Source: Zancudomyces culisetae HAW-14-8
Taxonomy: Eukaryota; Fungi; Kickxellomycota
Length of the DNA: 64,000 bases
Direction: 5' to 3'
NCBI GenBank assembly: GCA_052426225.1
Contig: JBNJNM010000006.1
Coordinates: forward strand, 2,356,001-2,420,000
Shown here: positions 10,915 to 21,800 of the stretch, in pieces
How the letters are laid out: every line of letters starts with the position of its first letter
How positions within the stretch are numbered: the stretch's first letter is position 1
The notes under the pieces: model-generated
The model's input: the letters and a program-made list of their open reading frames with translations, nothing else
What the model was told of the DNA's origin: nothing
The model's database searches: none
Translations under genes and position numbers: made by a program

Positions 10915-11444
10915 TCCACTCTGTTGAGAGGAGTCTTATTGGGCCGAATTCGAATTGAGATTGGCCAAGATGAGATTCGAAATTTCGAAATCTCGAAATT
11001 CAGATTGCGGAATTCGTGCGATTCGAGTAGTTCAGAAGTGGACAATAGGATACTAGAGCTTGTATAAATGGACTAGGCAGATGGTTGGAGCTCACAGGCT
11101 TCAGGTGATGCAAGATGATTTATGTGAGGGACGAGATGCAGATGGGTAATCTGCAGTGTGAAGCATATTGGAACTTGCTAGGGACCGTTGGAAGTGAGTG
11201 TGAGTCGTCCATGGGCCATGTATAGTCTGAATACACCATAGTAGGAAGTCCAGGAAGCGATTTCGAAATCAACAATTTCGACATTTATGAGTTCGAAATT
11301 CGGAATTTCAGTGTGAAGTCACATGATAACTTTAAAGCTTGATAACAACTTAGTTTTAGTTTTATAAGTATTTTATTTACTTAAAATGTCATTTTTTAGA
11401 GACTAAGTAGTTTTGGTGAGCTTGGTCGAGGGCGACTCAAGCTT

Positions 11445-11454
11445 AAAGGGGGGA
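11445..11454 (+). other. E3 polypurine tract
   Basis: AAAGGGGGGA, 3 nt before the 3' LTR. Confidence 0.9.
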
Positions 11455-11457
11455 TAC

Positions 11458-11680
11458 TGTTATATAGTGGAATTATATACCTGTATTTCCTTGTATTTTA
11501 TTGGTTAATTTAATTAGTATTATTTTATGCATTAAATAGTCTAGTTTTGAATTAATTAATAAATTGTCTTTTTCTCCCACAATAATTATAGACCTAATAT
11601 ATAATAATAAAAGTCCCGTCCTGTATAATACTGGGTAATTATATTACTCAGTAGGAAGTTAAACATGTAATTATACAACA
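11458..11680 (+). repeat. E3 3' LTR (223 bp)
   Basis: Direct repeat of 10673-10895. Confidence 0.95.
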
Positions 11681-11688
11681 AATCATAA

Positions 11689-11769
11689 CCGAGAATAGCT
11701 CAGCGGTAGAGCGGGAGACTGTAGTTAACTGTTATCTCTAGGTCCCTGGTTCAAATCCGGGTTCTCGGA
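11689..11769 (+). tRNA. tRNA-Tyr(GUA) with a 9-nt intron (11725-11733)
   Basis: Acceptor CCGAGAA/TTCTCGG with the eukaryotic Tyr C1:G72 pair and A73; D arm GCTC/GAGC; anticodon arm GGAGA-CTGTAG^A-TCTCT; T arm CCTGG-TTCAAAT-CCGGG. Confidence 0.96.
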
Positions 11770-11772
11770 AAC

Positions 11773-11786
11773 TTTTTAATTTTTTT
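11773..11786 (+). terminator. RNA polymerase III oligo-T terminator
   Basis: T5 then T7, starting 4 nt after the tRNA 3' end. Confidence 0.8.
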
Positions 11787-14246
11787 ACACTTTTTATTAT
11801 TTAATTACTATTTCTTAGCGAATTAAGTTTTACTTAACTTCAACTACTACCAATAGTAGCAATTTAAATATACACGAATAACTTTTTATTATTTAGTTTG
11901 ATATTGTAATGTAGTATAACAGCTAGATTTTGTTTTCTGCGAATCAATTGCGATTCCTGAACGTATGATAATCACCAATGCGAGCAAACACGATCAATAG
12001 TTAAAACGATAGAATACAATAAAGTTAATAGAAAACCGAATATAGAGATATGTGACTACAAAAAGAAACATCTTTATTCTTTCTTAACTGAATATACTTT
12101 CATATACTTTTATATAAATATCTAGTACTTCTAGTAATTATTAATTGATTTAGTTTACCTGGTGTTTATTATTATTATTCAATAGTAAATAAGTTCGAAA
12201 ATTCGTATGATGGCAATCAGAAAAGTGAAGTGATCCACGACCTGAGTATTACTGACATAATCAGTTTTATATCTAACTCAGCCATCACATTAGCTGAAAA
12301 TTATATTTGATAAACTATAATATCTACAATATAATACATTAACATTATCAAATTAACCGAGGTTGGTTAGTGCCATATTTATTCCAACCATTCTGTATTT
12401 GTTTCTGTATTTAATTCTAATGATGTTTTCAGTTTATTTTTTTATTGTGGGTACTATTTATTAAACTAATCATAATATGATGAAACTATTAAATATTTTA
12501 TTACGAATAATAAAGATAATGAGAATAAGAAACTAGACGATGCCTCCGTATTTCCAAACATTGTCTGTCCCTCGATGAGTGTTGCGTCTCATATATGTAG
12601 GTGTGTTGTAATCCTTCGTTTGTTTTTTATTTTTATATCATAGTTTTATATTCACCTCAATTTATATATTTACTTTCCTATTTTTATAATTGTGATATAC
12701 ATTTCATGATGGTATTATGCGGTCTTGGTTTAAGTTGTGAGCCGTTTTTTAGATAATCACAAACTTGTTTCAGTTAAAATTGTGGTGTTGGCGATTGATT
12801 TATTGTCTCTGATTTTTTGGTGGTAATTAACTGTATTATATATTACGTTAGAAATTGTGATAACTAGTACTTATTAATTGGTGAAAATATTAATTTATTT
12901 TACTAGATACTAGCTTTTTAGCTTTTTGTAATTTTCTTCTTAATGTTAGCATTTTATATAATTACTCCAAACAGCAAAACGGAAATGTTTAGTGATCCTA
13001 GGTCTGCGTATAAAGATCATGAGTGTTATTTAAATTCACCTCACATTATCTAAATATTTTATTAGCTTGTATATTTCATCAACTGTCTAATACCAAATAT
13101 TAATATAACACAGTAAATTAGAAATAGTTAGCTGTTATAATTATAAACCAGTCTATTTCATATTTTAACTATACTTTAATTGTTTTTAATGATTAATATA
13201 TTTTATTTACTTCGTTATCTATCTTTATACTAGTTACGATACTAGTTTAAACATTTCATACTAAACTAACTAGAGATAATATAACCTTTGATAACTGCAA
13301 ATAAACCATACCAAACTCAGCTATCCTTTGATTGAAATTTTATGATATATAGTTTATTATCAACATTACACATTTGTAATTTTTCGCATTTTTAATCTTA
13401 CCTTTTAATTTTTTGTACAAAATGATGTATGATCGTTTACTAATGATTTTGTTTTTTATTCAGTGCCAATGGTCTACTTTCTATTTTATTTCAATAATAT
13501 TAATTAGTAACTACCTAATAATTCATATAACTGTATCTCTACTTACAAAAATTGACAATTCTTTTTACTAAAAGCAATCTTTATTATCTACTTTTCCTAA
13601 CTCGCTTTACCAACCCTAATTCCAGTTGGAGTTCTTTTCATGTCAAAAGAAAGGATATGCACCCATGCATATAATTAACTCACTAACAATTTGTTTTTTC
13701 ACTATACATTAACATTTGTTTTAGTATCTATTCAAACTATTTTTAGATATTGGGTTTTTTTTTCACTTCAATCAGAATGTGACTGGATTGAAAATGATAC
13801 AATATTAAAATAGTTAGATATTCATAATATTTAGTGAATTTTGTATAATTCTAGTTGCTTAACAAGTGTAATAGCTTGTAATATTTATAAGATTTATAAG
13901 ATTTTAAATATTCTTAATAAAATGATATGTTATATACACTGACTATATTCTAATTATAAAGCATCGATATAGTACATATTACCACTCAATAACTAGTGAA
14001 TCGATAAAAAATTTTAATGGATGATGAGATTAACATTTTAACAGGTTCTCTATTAAATAGATTGAGAATCAGATGTTTGATTATTCGAGTCAACCCATTT
14101 ACTTTTTTATTAACATATTTTTATTACAGCCATTATGATATATTGTAATCCCTACTTTACTATGTTTATAGGTTGTAATAAATTATTTTATCTAGGACAT
14201 ATTTTTCCATAAAATAAAAATTTGGTAAAACTGAATCAGGTAAATA

Positions 14247-15386
14247 TTAAACTAAATTTAGTTTTTTCAAAACAACTCTTGCAATAGATGGACCAATATT
14301 CATTGAAGATTCACCTGCTTTTTCGCTGCCTAATCCCGCGAATTGCTTTGCTTCGTCCATATTTTTGCAACATAAAATCGCAGATTCGCATACAGCCTTG
14401 TTATTGTAAACAATGTTTGCTATGGCAACTTCGGCGGCATCCTTAATGTACTTGAAGTGTTTTGTTCCACCTTTTATGAGCGAGCCTACACACACCACTG
14501 CATCCACAGGCGATGGTGCTTTTCCAGAACCCTGTTGAATTTTGGTAAGATGAGCCTCATAATCTCTTGTTCTGGATACTTCAATAATGTAGTTTGCAAG
14601 ACCTGGTAGTTCATAGGATCCTGCTGCGCTATATACCTTTACATTCTCTGGGTTCACACCTGAGTTGATCATTTCATTTGCAATTCCCAATAAGATCTCG
14701 CTATTTATTTCCATATTCCATTGTGCACACAAAATTGCAACGTTTGGTTGTTTAGAAATATTGTGCTGAGTGACATTTTCTGTAAAGGCTTTCGTGATTT
14801 CAGTGTCAGATTCACCTTCACAAAACATTTTTCTTGTCTTAATTTCAGAAAGAGCTGCTGTAGCCCAAAAGTATCCATGATTAGCTCCCTTTTCTACTCT
14901 ACCTATTCCGGCCCTTTCCAATCCTTGTTCGTAGTTAATACAGGTCAAAATTCCCAAAATACATGGTACATTGGTTTCGAGAATAATTTCATGAACCTCA
15001 TTATATGATTTCTCGCACTTTGCGTCAAATTCTCCCGATTTTTCTTCCTCTTCAATAAATATTCCAACACAAATCACTGCATCGTACTTGTAAACATGTT
15101 CTACATTTAGATATGCTCTATTGGCTCCCAACTCACTGATCTGTCCATCAGCGCATTTTCTGCTTTGCAGAAGTATTTTTTTTGTCTCTTGAGGAATCAG
15201 GGCAGGATCTGTTACATTTTCAAAGTGAATATTTGATTTAGCAACACCAGCTTTTGTGAGACCATCGACTACTCCATCCACAAGGGTTTTTACAATGATC
15301 GTTTCCTTTTGCGCCGAAACGATTAAAATGTTCGGATTTAAATCTCCAGCTTCAATTTGTGTTTTTGGGGCATCTACGTACGGCAT
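14247..15386 (-). CDS. RIB4: Tandem two-domain 6,7-dimethyl-8-ribityllumazine synthase (379 aa)
   Basis: Two lumazine synthase repeats, aa ~18-185 and ~214-376. Domain 2 has AQWN, GSYELP and LIKGGTKHF; domain 1 has PCILGILTC, EQGLERAG and NHGYFW. Confidence 0.9.
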   Translation of the reverse strand: MPYVDAPKTQIEAGDLNPNILIVSAQKETIIVKTLVDGVVDGLTKAGVAKSNIHFENVTDPALIPQETKKILLQSRKCADGQISELGANRAYLNVEHVYKYDAVICVGIFIEEEEKSGEFDAKCEKSYNEVHEIILETNVPCILGILTCINYEQGLERAGIGRVEKGANHGYFWATAALSEIKTRKMFCEGESDTEITKAFTENVTQHNISKQPNVAILCAQWNMEINSEILLGIANEMINSGVNPENVKVYSAAGSYELPGLANYIIEVSRTRDYEAHLTKIQQGSGKAPSPVDAVVCVGSLIKGGTKHFKYIKDAAEVAIANIVYNNKAVCESAILCCKNMDEAKQFAGLGSEKAGESSMNIGPSIARVVLKKLNLV

Positions 15387-18300
15387 CTTTTAACTCTGCT
15401 TTTTATATGTTGTTCCTTTGTGATCTCGCTAGGTATATTTTGTAATAATATAATTATAGACCGTTATTTTTAAGAACCGCCTTCGTTACTTTATTTTTGG
15501 TTTTGTATTAAAAAACTGACCAGTAAATTAAAAATATTACTAATCAAAATATTTCAATTTGGTTTGTTCAAGTTGATTCCAAATTAAATTAGCTAAAAAC
15601 CTGTGTATAGCTATAAAAAAAGCTGTATAATGAGTAAACAAAATATAATTTCGCTAATTCTCATTAAACTTTCACATTAACACAACTAATTGATAGGTTT
15701 TGGCTTGATTACAATCATCCAATGTGTTTTTATTATGCTTTTTCAGCAAATCATTTTTATTAGGGCGTGTGCCAATATTGTATTTACAGAATCTCTAAAT
15801 GAGGAGTTAAAGCATACTCCCACTTTGCTTGTGGGGGAGGAGAAGAGGAATAATGAAGGGGAAGGGGGAATTAAGCAAAAATCTAGAAACATAGATATAC
15901 ATCAAATTGGTAACTTTCTGGAATAGAATACCCCACCTTGTATATTTTTTACAATAGTTTGAGCTATTTACTCTTTTTCATTTTGCCTTGTTCATGGAAT
16001 TAGTCTAGTTTAAATGATATAAAAGAATATATCAATCAAATACATATAAATCAAAAATAAATTGATGATGTGAAATGTAAATAGACTCAACATCATGGTG
16101 GACTGCTGGTGATTTCTACAGAAAAACTTTGTATTCACGAAGATTGTAACTCCTCACTCAGCAGTTATTTAATTCGAATCTATTCGTGTTAAATACCATA
16201 ACTATCAAGTACTAAAATTGAACAATAAATGAAATATCATGCGGGAATCATAATACACCTCTATAACATTTCTATTTGGTTACAAAAAAGATACTTGATA
16301 ACCCTACATAATTAGGTAATATCTATTCAGCGATTGCTTATACCCTAAAGTACCAATACAAACGTACTGTGGAATTAGTTCAAAGACTATGTATTTACTT
16401 TTCAGTTTTTACTCCCTGTATATTATATCTGATTTGTACATTGTAGAAAAATATTAAAAAATCAATTTATCATCTACAGTACCAAGTATATGCTGTAAGA
16501 TTTGTTTACAAGAGTCGTGTATTATTTATTTTGAATTAGATTAGCTCATATTATACTTTAGTGTTCGACCTTATGAAAACATTAAAGCCACTAGTCATAC
16601 AAAACCATACGCAATAATAAAAAAAGTACTGCTACAATAACTATGAAACACAATTCATTGATGCTTGAAGCCTATTGAACATAATACCATTTTTATCCAC
16701 GAACCATTTTGTATGTACTGGCCAGGAGAAAATTATATGAGTTTAAGGAGGCGTGTTACCTAAGATCAATAATTGATTTTTGCCAATAAAATTTTTTACT
16801 GCTTTCAAATGAATCCACATGTACTAATTTTTAGCTCGTATTGGTTGAACAGACTAACGAACCAATTGTGGTATATGAGGCTGGCTTTGCACAAAAAAAA
16901 AATAGTTCCTACTTGCTTGGGTGATTAAAATTATAAAGCACGTATAGCAACATTGCATGATACCAGGATCATCTCGATTACTACATCCATAGTTGATTAC
17001 AAAAAAATCCTTATCTCTTTTATATTTTTAGAAATTAGAACAGTTTATTGTTGGAAGCGTAATCAAATGTTAATTAAATATTCCCCCACCCCAACCTTTT
17101 ATACACCGTTTATTTCTTAACTTTAGGGAAAAAAGATCGCCAAGCATAGGGTGTAGCGACTAGTTGATACCAATGTATTTCTTATGTAATAGTAAAAATC
17201 AAAAAATAATAATAATTGGTTCTGTTTATCATCAGAATGACTTTCATGATCCCAATATTAGCTTAATATTTGAAGTATTTGAAATATAATACCAGATGCC
17301 ACAAGTGTAAACAAGTATCTCTTTCAAAGTACACCTATTTTTATCTGTACTCATAAATTTATTTTGACTACTATTGTAAATGTTTGAAAATATAATATTA
17401 ATAAGGATGATATGACTTTTATTGTAATGGTGTGTTGACAATTTATTTCTGTTCCAAATTTAATTAATTAGCATGAACATAGTATAATAATAAAAAACAA
17501 AAATAGAAATAACAAACCAAGTTGAAGTTAAAAAACTCAAAGTAAAGCTAAAACGCATCGATAGAAAGAGATTGAGTTAGTAAAAAGTATTACCGACTTT
17601 ATACCCAACATTATTCAAACTACAAGAAACTGGGTATAATTTCATCAAAGTATTATAAATCGGCACTCGTTGTGAGAGAGTAACAGGGATTACGGAATAG
17701 CACATTCTCAATAGTCATTGAAACAGAAGGTTATTCTCAGAAGCGCTTTTAGAGATTACTGAAAGGTAACTGACTTTATAGCCTTATCTACATTTTGATG
17801 GTATTTTACTTTATACTTTCTTGGCGTTGCATAATTTTTTCGTTTCTTTGAAACGGTATTTTGGGAAATGGAGGATATATGTTGAAAATATGCTATGAAT
17901 GTGTGATGATTTTATTTTAGTTGTCATAAACATGTCTTTTACTTGACTGTAATTTGCAAACTACACAAGGATTTATTTTAATTTACCCATTTCCAGAAAA
18001 CGTCATTGCCAATGGGTTTTATTTAATTGGCAAAAAGGCTAATAATTGTAAAGTCGTGTATTTGATATGAGATCGTGACACATCTCAAATTGGTGTGACA
18101 AAAAGAATAAACAAAGCCAATCTGGCTGGGCATCTATAAGAAGCCTTCCACAATAACATACAATATTAACATGAAAATTTTATTCTCCCCCTCCAATGAC
18201 GTCTTTGAAAAAAGACTTGCTTTGAATTACCTCAGCTTGTACCAATTAAACAAGAGGAGCTGATGTTTTTATTTATGTATTTTAAAATTACGGGATGCCA

Positions 18301-18802
18301 TTGCCTTAAATCAACGCAATCACAAGAGAACGATTATCAAAAGCGTTGGGAATTAACAGACAAAATATAATGATGTAGAGAGAAAAGAAAAAGACAATCA
18401 AGGTATTATTTTTGAAGAGTTTTCAAAGATAATTGAGGATTGGTTGGCTTATGTTGTAACGTGTTTACCTTTGCAACAGACAGTTTTACACTATTTGTTC
18501 TAAACCTATGATTTCTAGCCATCAAAACATATCTATTGGCAATTTACTAAACCAGCTTAAAATTAAAATAGGCAATAATATCAAAAAATCTTTGTAGTAG
18601 TAGCCGGTTACTGAATCATAACCAATTGGTACTAGACAAACAACCATAACGGTGTTTACGCTGCCAAGGAATTTTTTTTTTGAATAATTGCTATATAAAA
18701 GGCAAACGCCCTGCAATTAGCGACTTTTCACGAGTTTAGTTCGAGAGAACAAAAATCATAATAGTAAGACTTTCAAAAAGTCACCAGGTATTAGCTTAGA
18801 AA

Positions 18803-21800
18803 ATGAGTGTATCCATGGGCTTCAAAGGCTCGAATAGCACGGGCGATGATGGAGAGATAAGGATTAATAGGAGTGTGCTATCTAAAATGGTAGCACACAA
18901 GGAATTTAATACATTTAAAATTCTTGGAGGAACACAATCATTAGTCAAGGGATTGCGAACTGACGAGAAATTTGGTCTCACTACATTAGTACCAGAGCAA
19001 ATCCCTAGTGGGGAGTGGACAAACCCGATTGATTTCGCAAAGGAGTACGAACATGAAATAGCGAAAGAGAGGCCAAGAGGTACGATAGCGGCTGTCAAGG
19101 TAGGGACAAGCTACCAGAAGGGCGAGCTTGAATGGGTTGATGAGCTTGAAAAGCTACAAACCACATTCGAGACTAGAATCAAAGAGTTTGGTATCAATTA
19201 TATACCACAAGAAAAACCCAAATCGTTTATCCAAGTATTATTGATAGCACTGAATGATAAGATGATTATACTCTTATGTATTGCGGCAACCGTATCGCTA
19301 GCACTAGGAATATATCAAGACGTCACAGGAAAAGATGACGATCCAGATACAGGATTGAATTGGATAGAAGGATTCTCAATTCTAGTAGCAGTGTTGGGTG
19401 TAGTTTTAGTCTCGTCCGTTAATGATTTTCAAAAAGAAAAACAGTTCAAAAAACTTAACAACAAAAAACAAGATCGTACAGTGTACGTGACACGAAATGG
19501 AACAAAACAAGGAGTTTCAGTCAACTGTGTAATGGTTGGAGATATTCTACATGTTGAAGCAGGAGATGTATTATGTGCAGATGCTATTGTGATAAGCGGT
19601 TCGAATTTGGAGGCGGATGAGAGTTCGGTTACAGGTGAAAGTGATCCAGTTAGAAAATTGACTCTTGAGGAATTGGAGGCCAAGGAGGCTGAAGAACAAG
19701 AGTACAAGAAAGCTGTTGCCGAAGAAAACGGCGAAATCCTTGAAAGTGCGGAGGCAAAGAAAAAGCATGATATTATTAGACACACTGATCCGTTTTTGAT
19801 TTCAGGAAGTCTTATTGTGAATGGTATTGGAGAATGTGTGGTAGTTGCAGTTGGAGAAAATTCGTCACATGGAAGAATAATGATGTCATTTAGGACTGAA
19901 GACGAGGCCACACCTCTTCAAGAAAAATTAAATGTGCTTGCTGAAGTAATAGCAGTAATTGGTGGTGTTGCTGCAGTTCTTATGCTTTTGATTCTTCTTC
20001 TTAAGTATGTTTTACAACTGATAAAAAACATAGTCCCGAGAGATGCGAGCTCCATTATTGGTGCATTGATTGCCATTATTATTGAGACATTGACCATTAT
20101 AGTAGTAGCGATACCCGAGGGGTTACCACTAGCAGTTACACTTACGCTAGCAGTGGCAACGGTGCGTATGCTTAAGGACAATTGTTTGGTTCGACAGCTA
20201 GCGGCATGTGAAACAATGGGAAATGCCACAACAATTTGTTCAGATAAAACGGGAACATTAACTCAAAATGTTATGACGGTAGTTGCAGGTACAGTAGGAA
20301 ATGGTGTTGGGTTCAAAGTATATCCAAAGGATACCATGAAAGCTATGCCTGGAGAAAAGAACACAGGTATGTCACTGGACAATGCGACTTTAAAAGGAAT
20401 AGAATCAGAGAGCACCGAGGTAGGGTTTCATGAGTTTGAAGGAAAAGTACCAGCGCATACTCTGGAGTTGATTACCAACGCGATAGCAGTAAACAGCACA
20501 GCATTTACCATGGCTGTAGAGGACTCCAAGACAAAACCAGAAGGTGAAAAAAGAAAATCTGTGTTTGAGGGGCTACTTCCAAAAAAGAGGAAGGATACTG
20601 CAAAGAACGACGAAGAGTTGAAAATAACTGCGACTGATGACCACGGAACTGGTAGAAAGGTAGATTCATTTACAGGATCAAGTACAGAGGTGGCGCTTTT
20701 ACAATGGGCACAGCGAATGGGATTCACAGACGTCATCAAGCGAAGGGAAGAGTCCGATACTGTTTCGGTTTATCCATTCAGCTCGCTGAAAAAATCAATG
20801 AGTGTGTTGGTAAAGTTAGTAGATCCCAAAGATGACACAGAATTCTATAGATTATACATTAAAGGTGCGCCGGAAGTATTGTTGAAAGGGTGTACAAAGA
20901 TCTTGAATGTCAGTGGTGGGTACTTACAGGAGAGTGCGGATAGTACTGAGGATACACGAGAGAGTATACCAGTAACTCAGATGGACAATCAAGAGATTGA
21001 ACGTATCGAAGGAATTATTGAAAGGTATGCGTCGCAGGCGCTGAGAACAATTGGACTTGCATATGTTGATATCAAAGACATCCATGACATCGACATGGAC
21101 TCAACAGATAGTGATGATGTAATTAAAAGTACCGATGGGATGACATGGCTAGGTGTGTTTGGAATTGAAGACCCACTTCGTGACGGTGTGACAGCTGCAG
21201 TAAATCATTGTCAGCGTGCTGGAATCATGGTTAGAATGGTTACCGGAGATAACTTGTTGACAGCAAAGGCCATAGCCAAGCAATGTGGAATATATACACC
21301 TGAACTGGGAGGAGTTATTCTTGAGGGGCGGCACTTTAGGAAGCTGTCGCCAGAAGAGATGAAAGTAGTGGTACCGAGATTGCAAGTTTTGTCACGCTCA
21401 AGTCCTGAAGACAAGCGGGTTTTGGTTAATTGGTTGAAAGAGAATGGAAATGTAGTTGCAGCAACTGGCGATGGAACTAACGATGGACCAGCACTTAAAG
21501 CAGCAAATATAGGATTCAGTATGGGTATGAGTGGGACAGAGATAGCAAAAGAGGCTTCTGACATTATATTAATGGACGATAACTTCACTTCGATTGTGAG
21601 TGCGTTGATATGGGGAAGATGTGTCAATGACTCGGTTAAGAAATTCCTTCAATTCCAGTTGACTGTCAATATAACAGCTGTCTTTATTGCGTTCATTACA
21701 AGTGTTACTAGTGAAAACAGAGAGTCGCTGTTTACCTCAGTTCAATTGTTGTGGCTGAATCTAATCATGGACACACTTGCAGCATTGGCGTTAGCAACGG

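Larger units (their letters stand above)
10673..11680 (+). mobile_element. Non-autonomous miniature LTR element 'E3' (TRIM-like, 1,008 bp)
   Basis: 223-bp LTRs (TGTTA...CAACA) with one mismatch (C10872/A11657); PBS 10897-10914; PPT 11445-11454; 562-bp interior with no credible ORF. Confidence 0.93.

Noticed and set aside
10863-11045. 60-aa minus-strand ORF in E3
   Set aside because: Non-ATG start, crosses the PBS/LTR boundary antisense, and reflects the TTCGAA repeats.
12533-12640. Short minus-strand frame reading ...YMRRNTHRGTDNVWKYGGIV*
   Set aside because: Closed upstream by a stop, with no convincing splice acceptor or recognisable homology.
17766-18799. Possible 1-kb 5'-UTR intron of PMC1 (GTAACT...TTAG just before the ATG)
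   Set aside because: Plausible, but such signals are common in AT-rich DNA and it needs transcript data.
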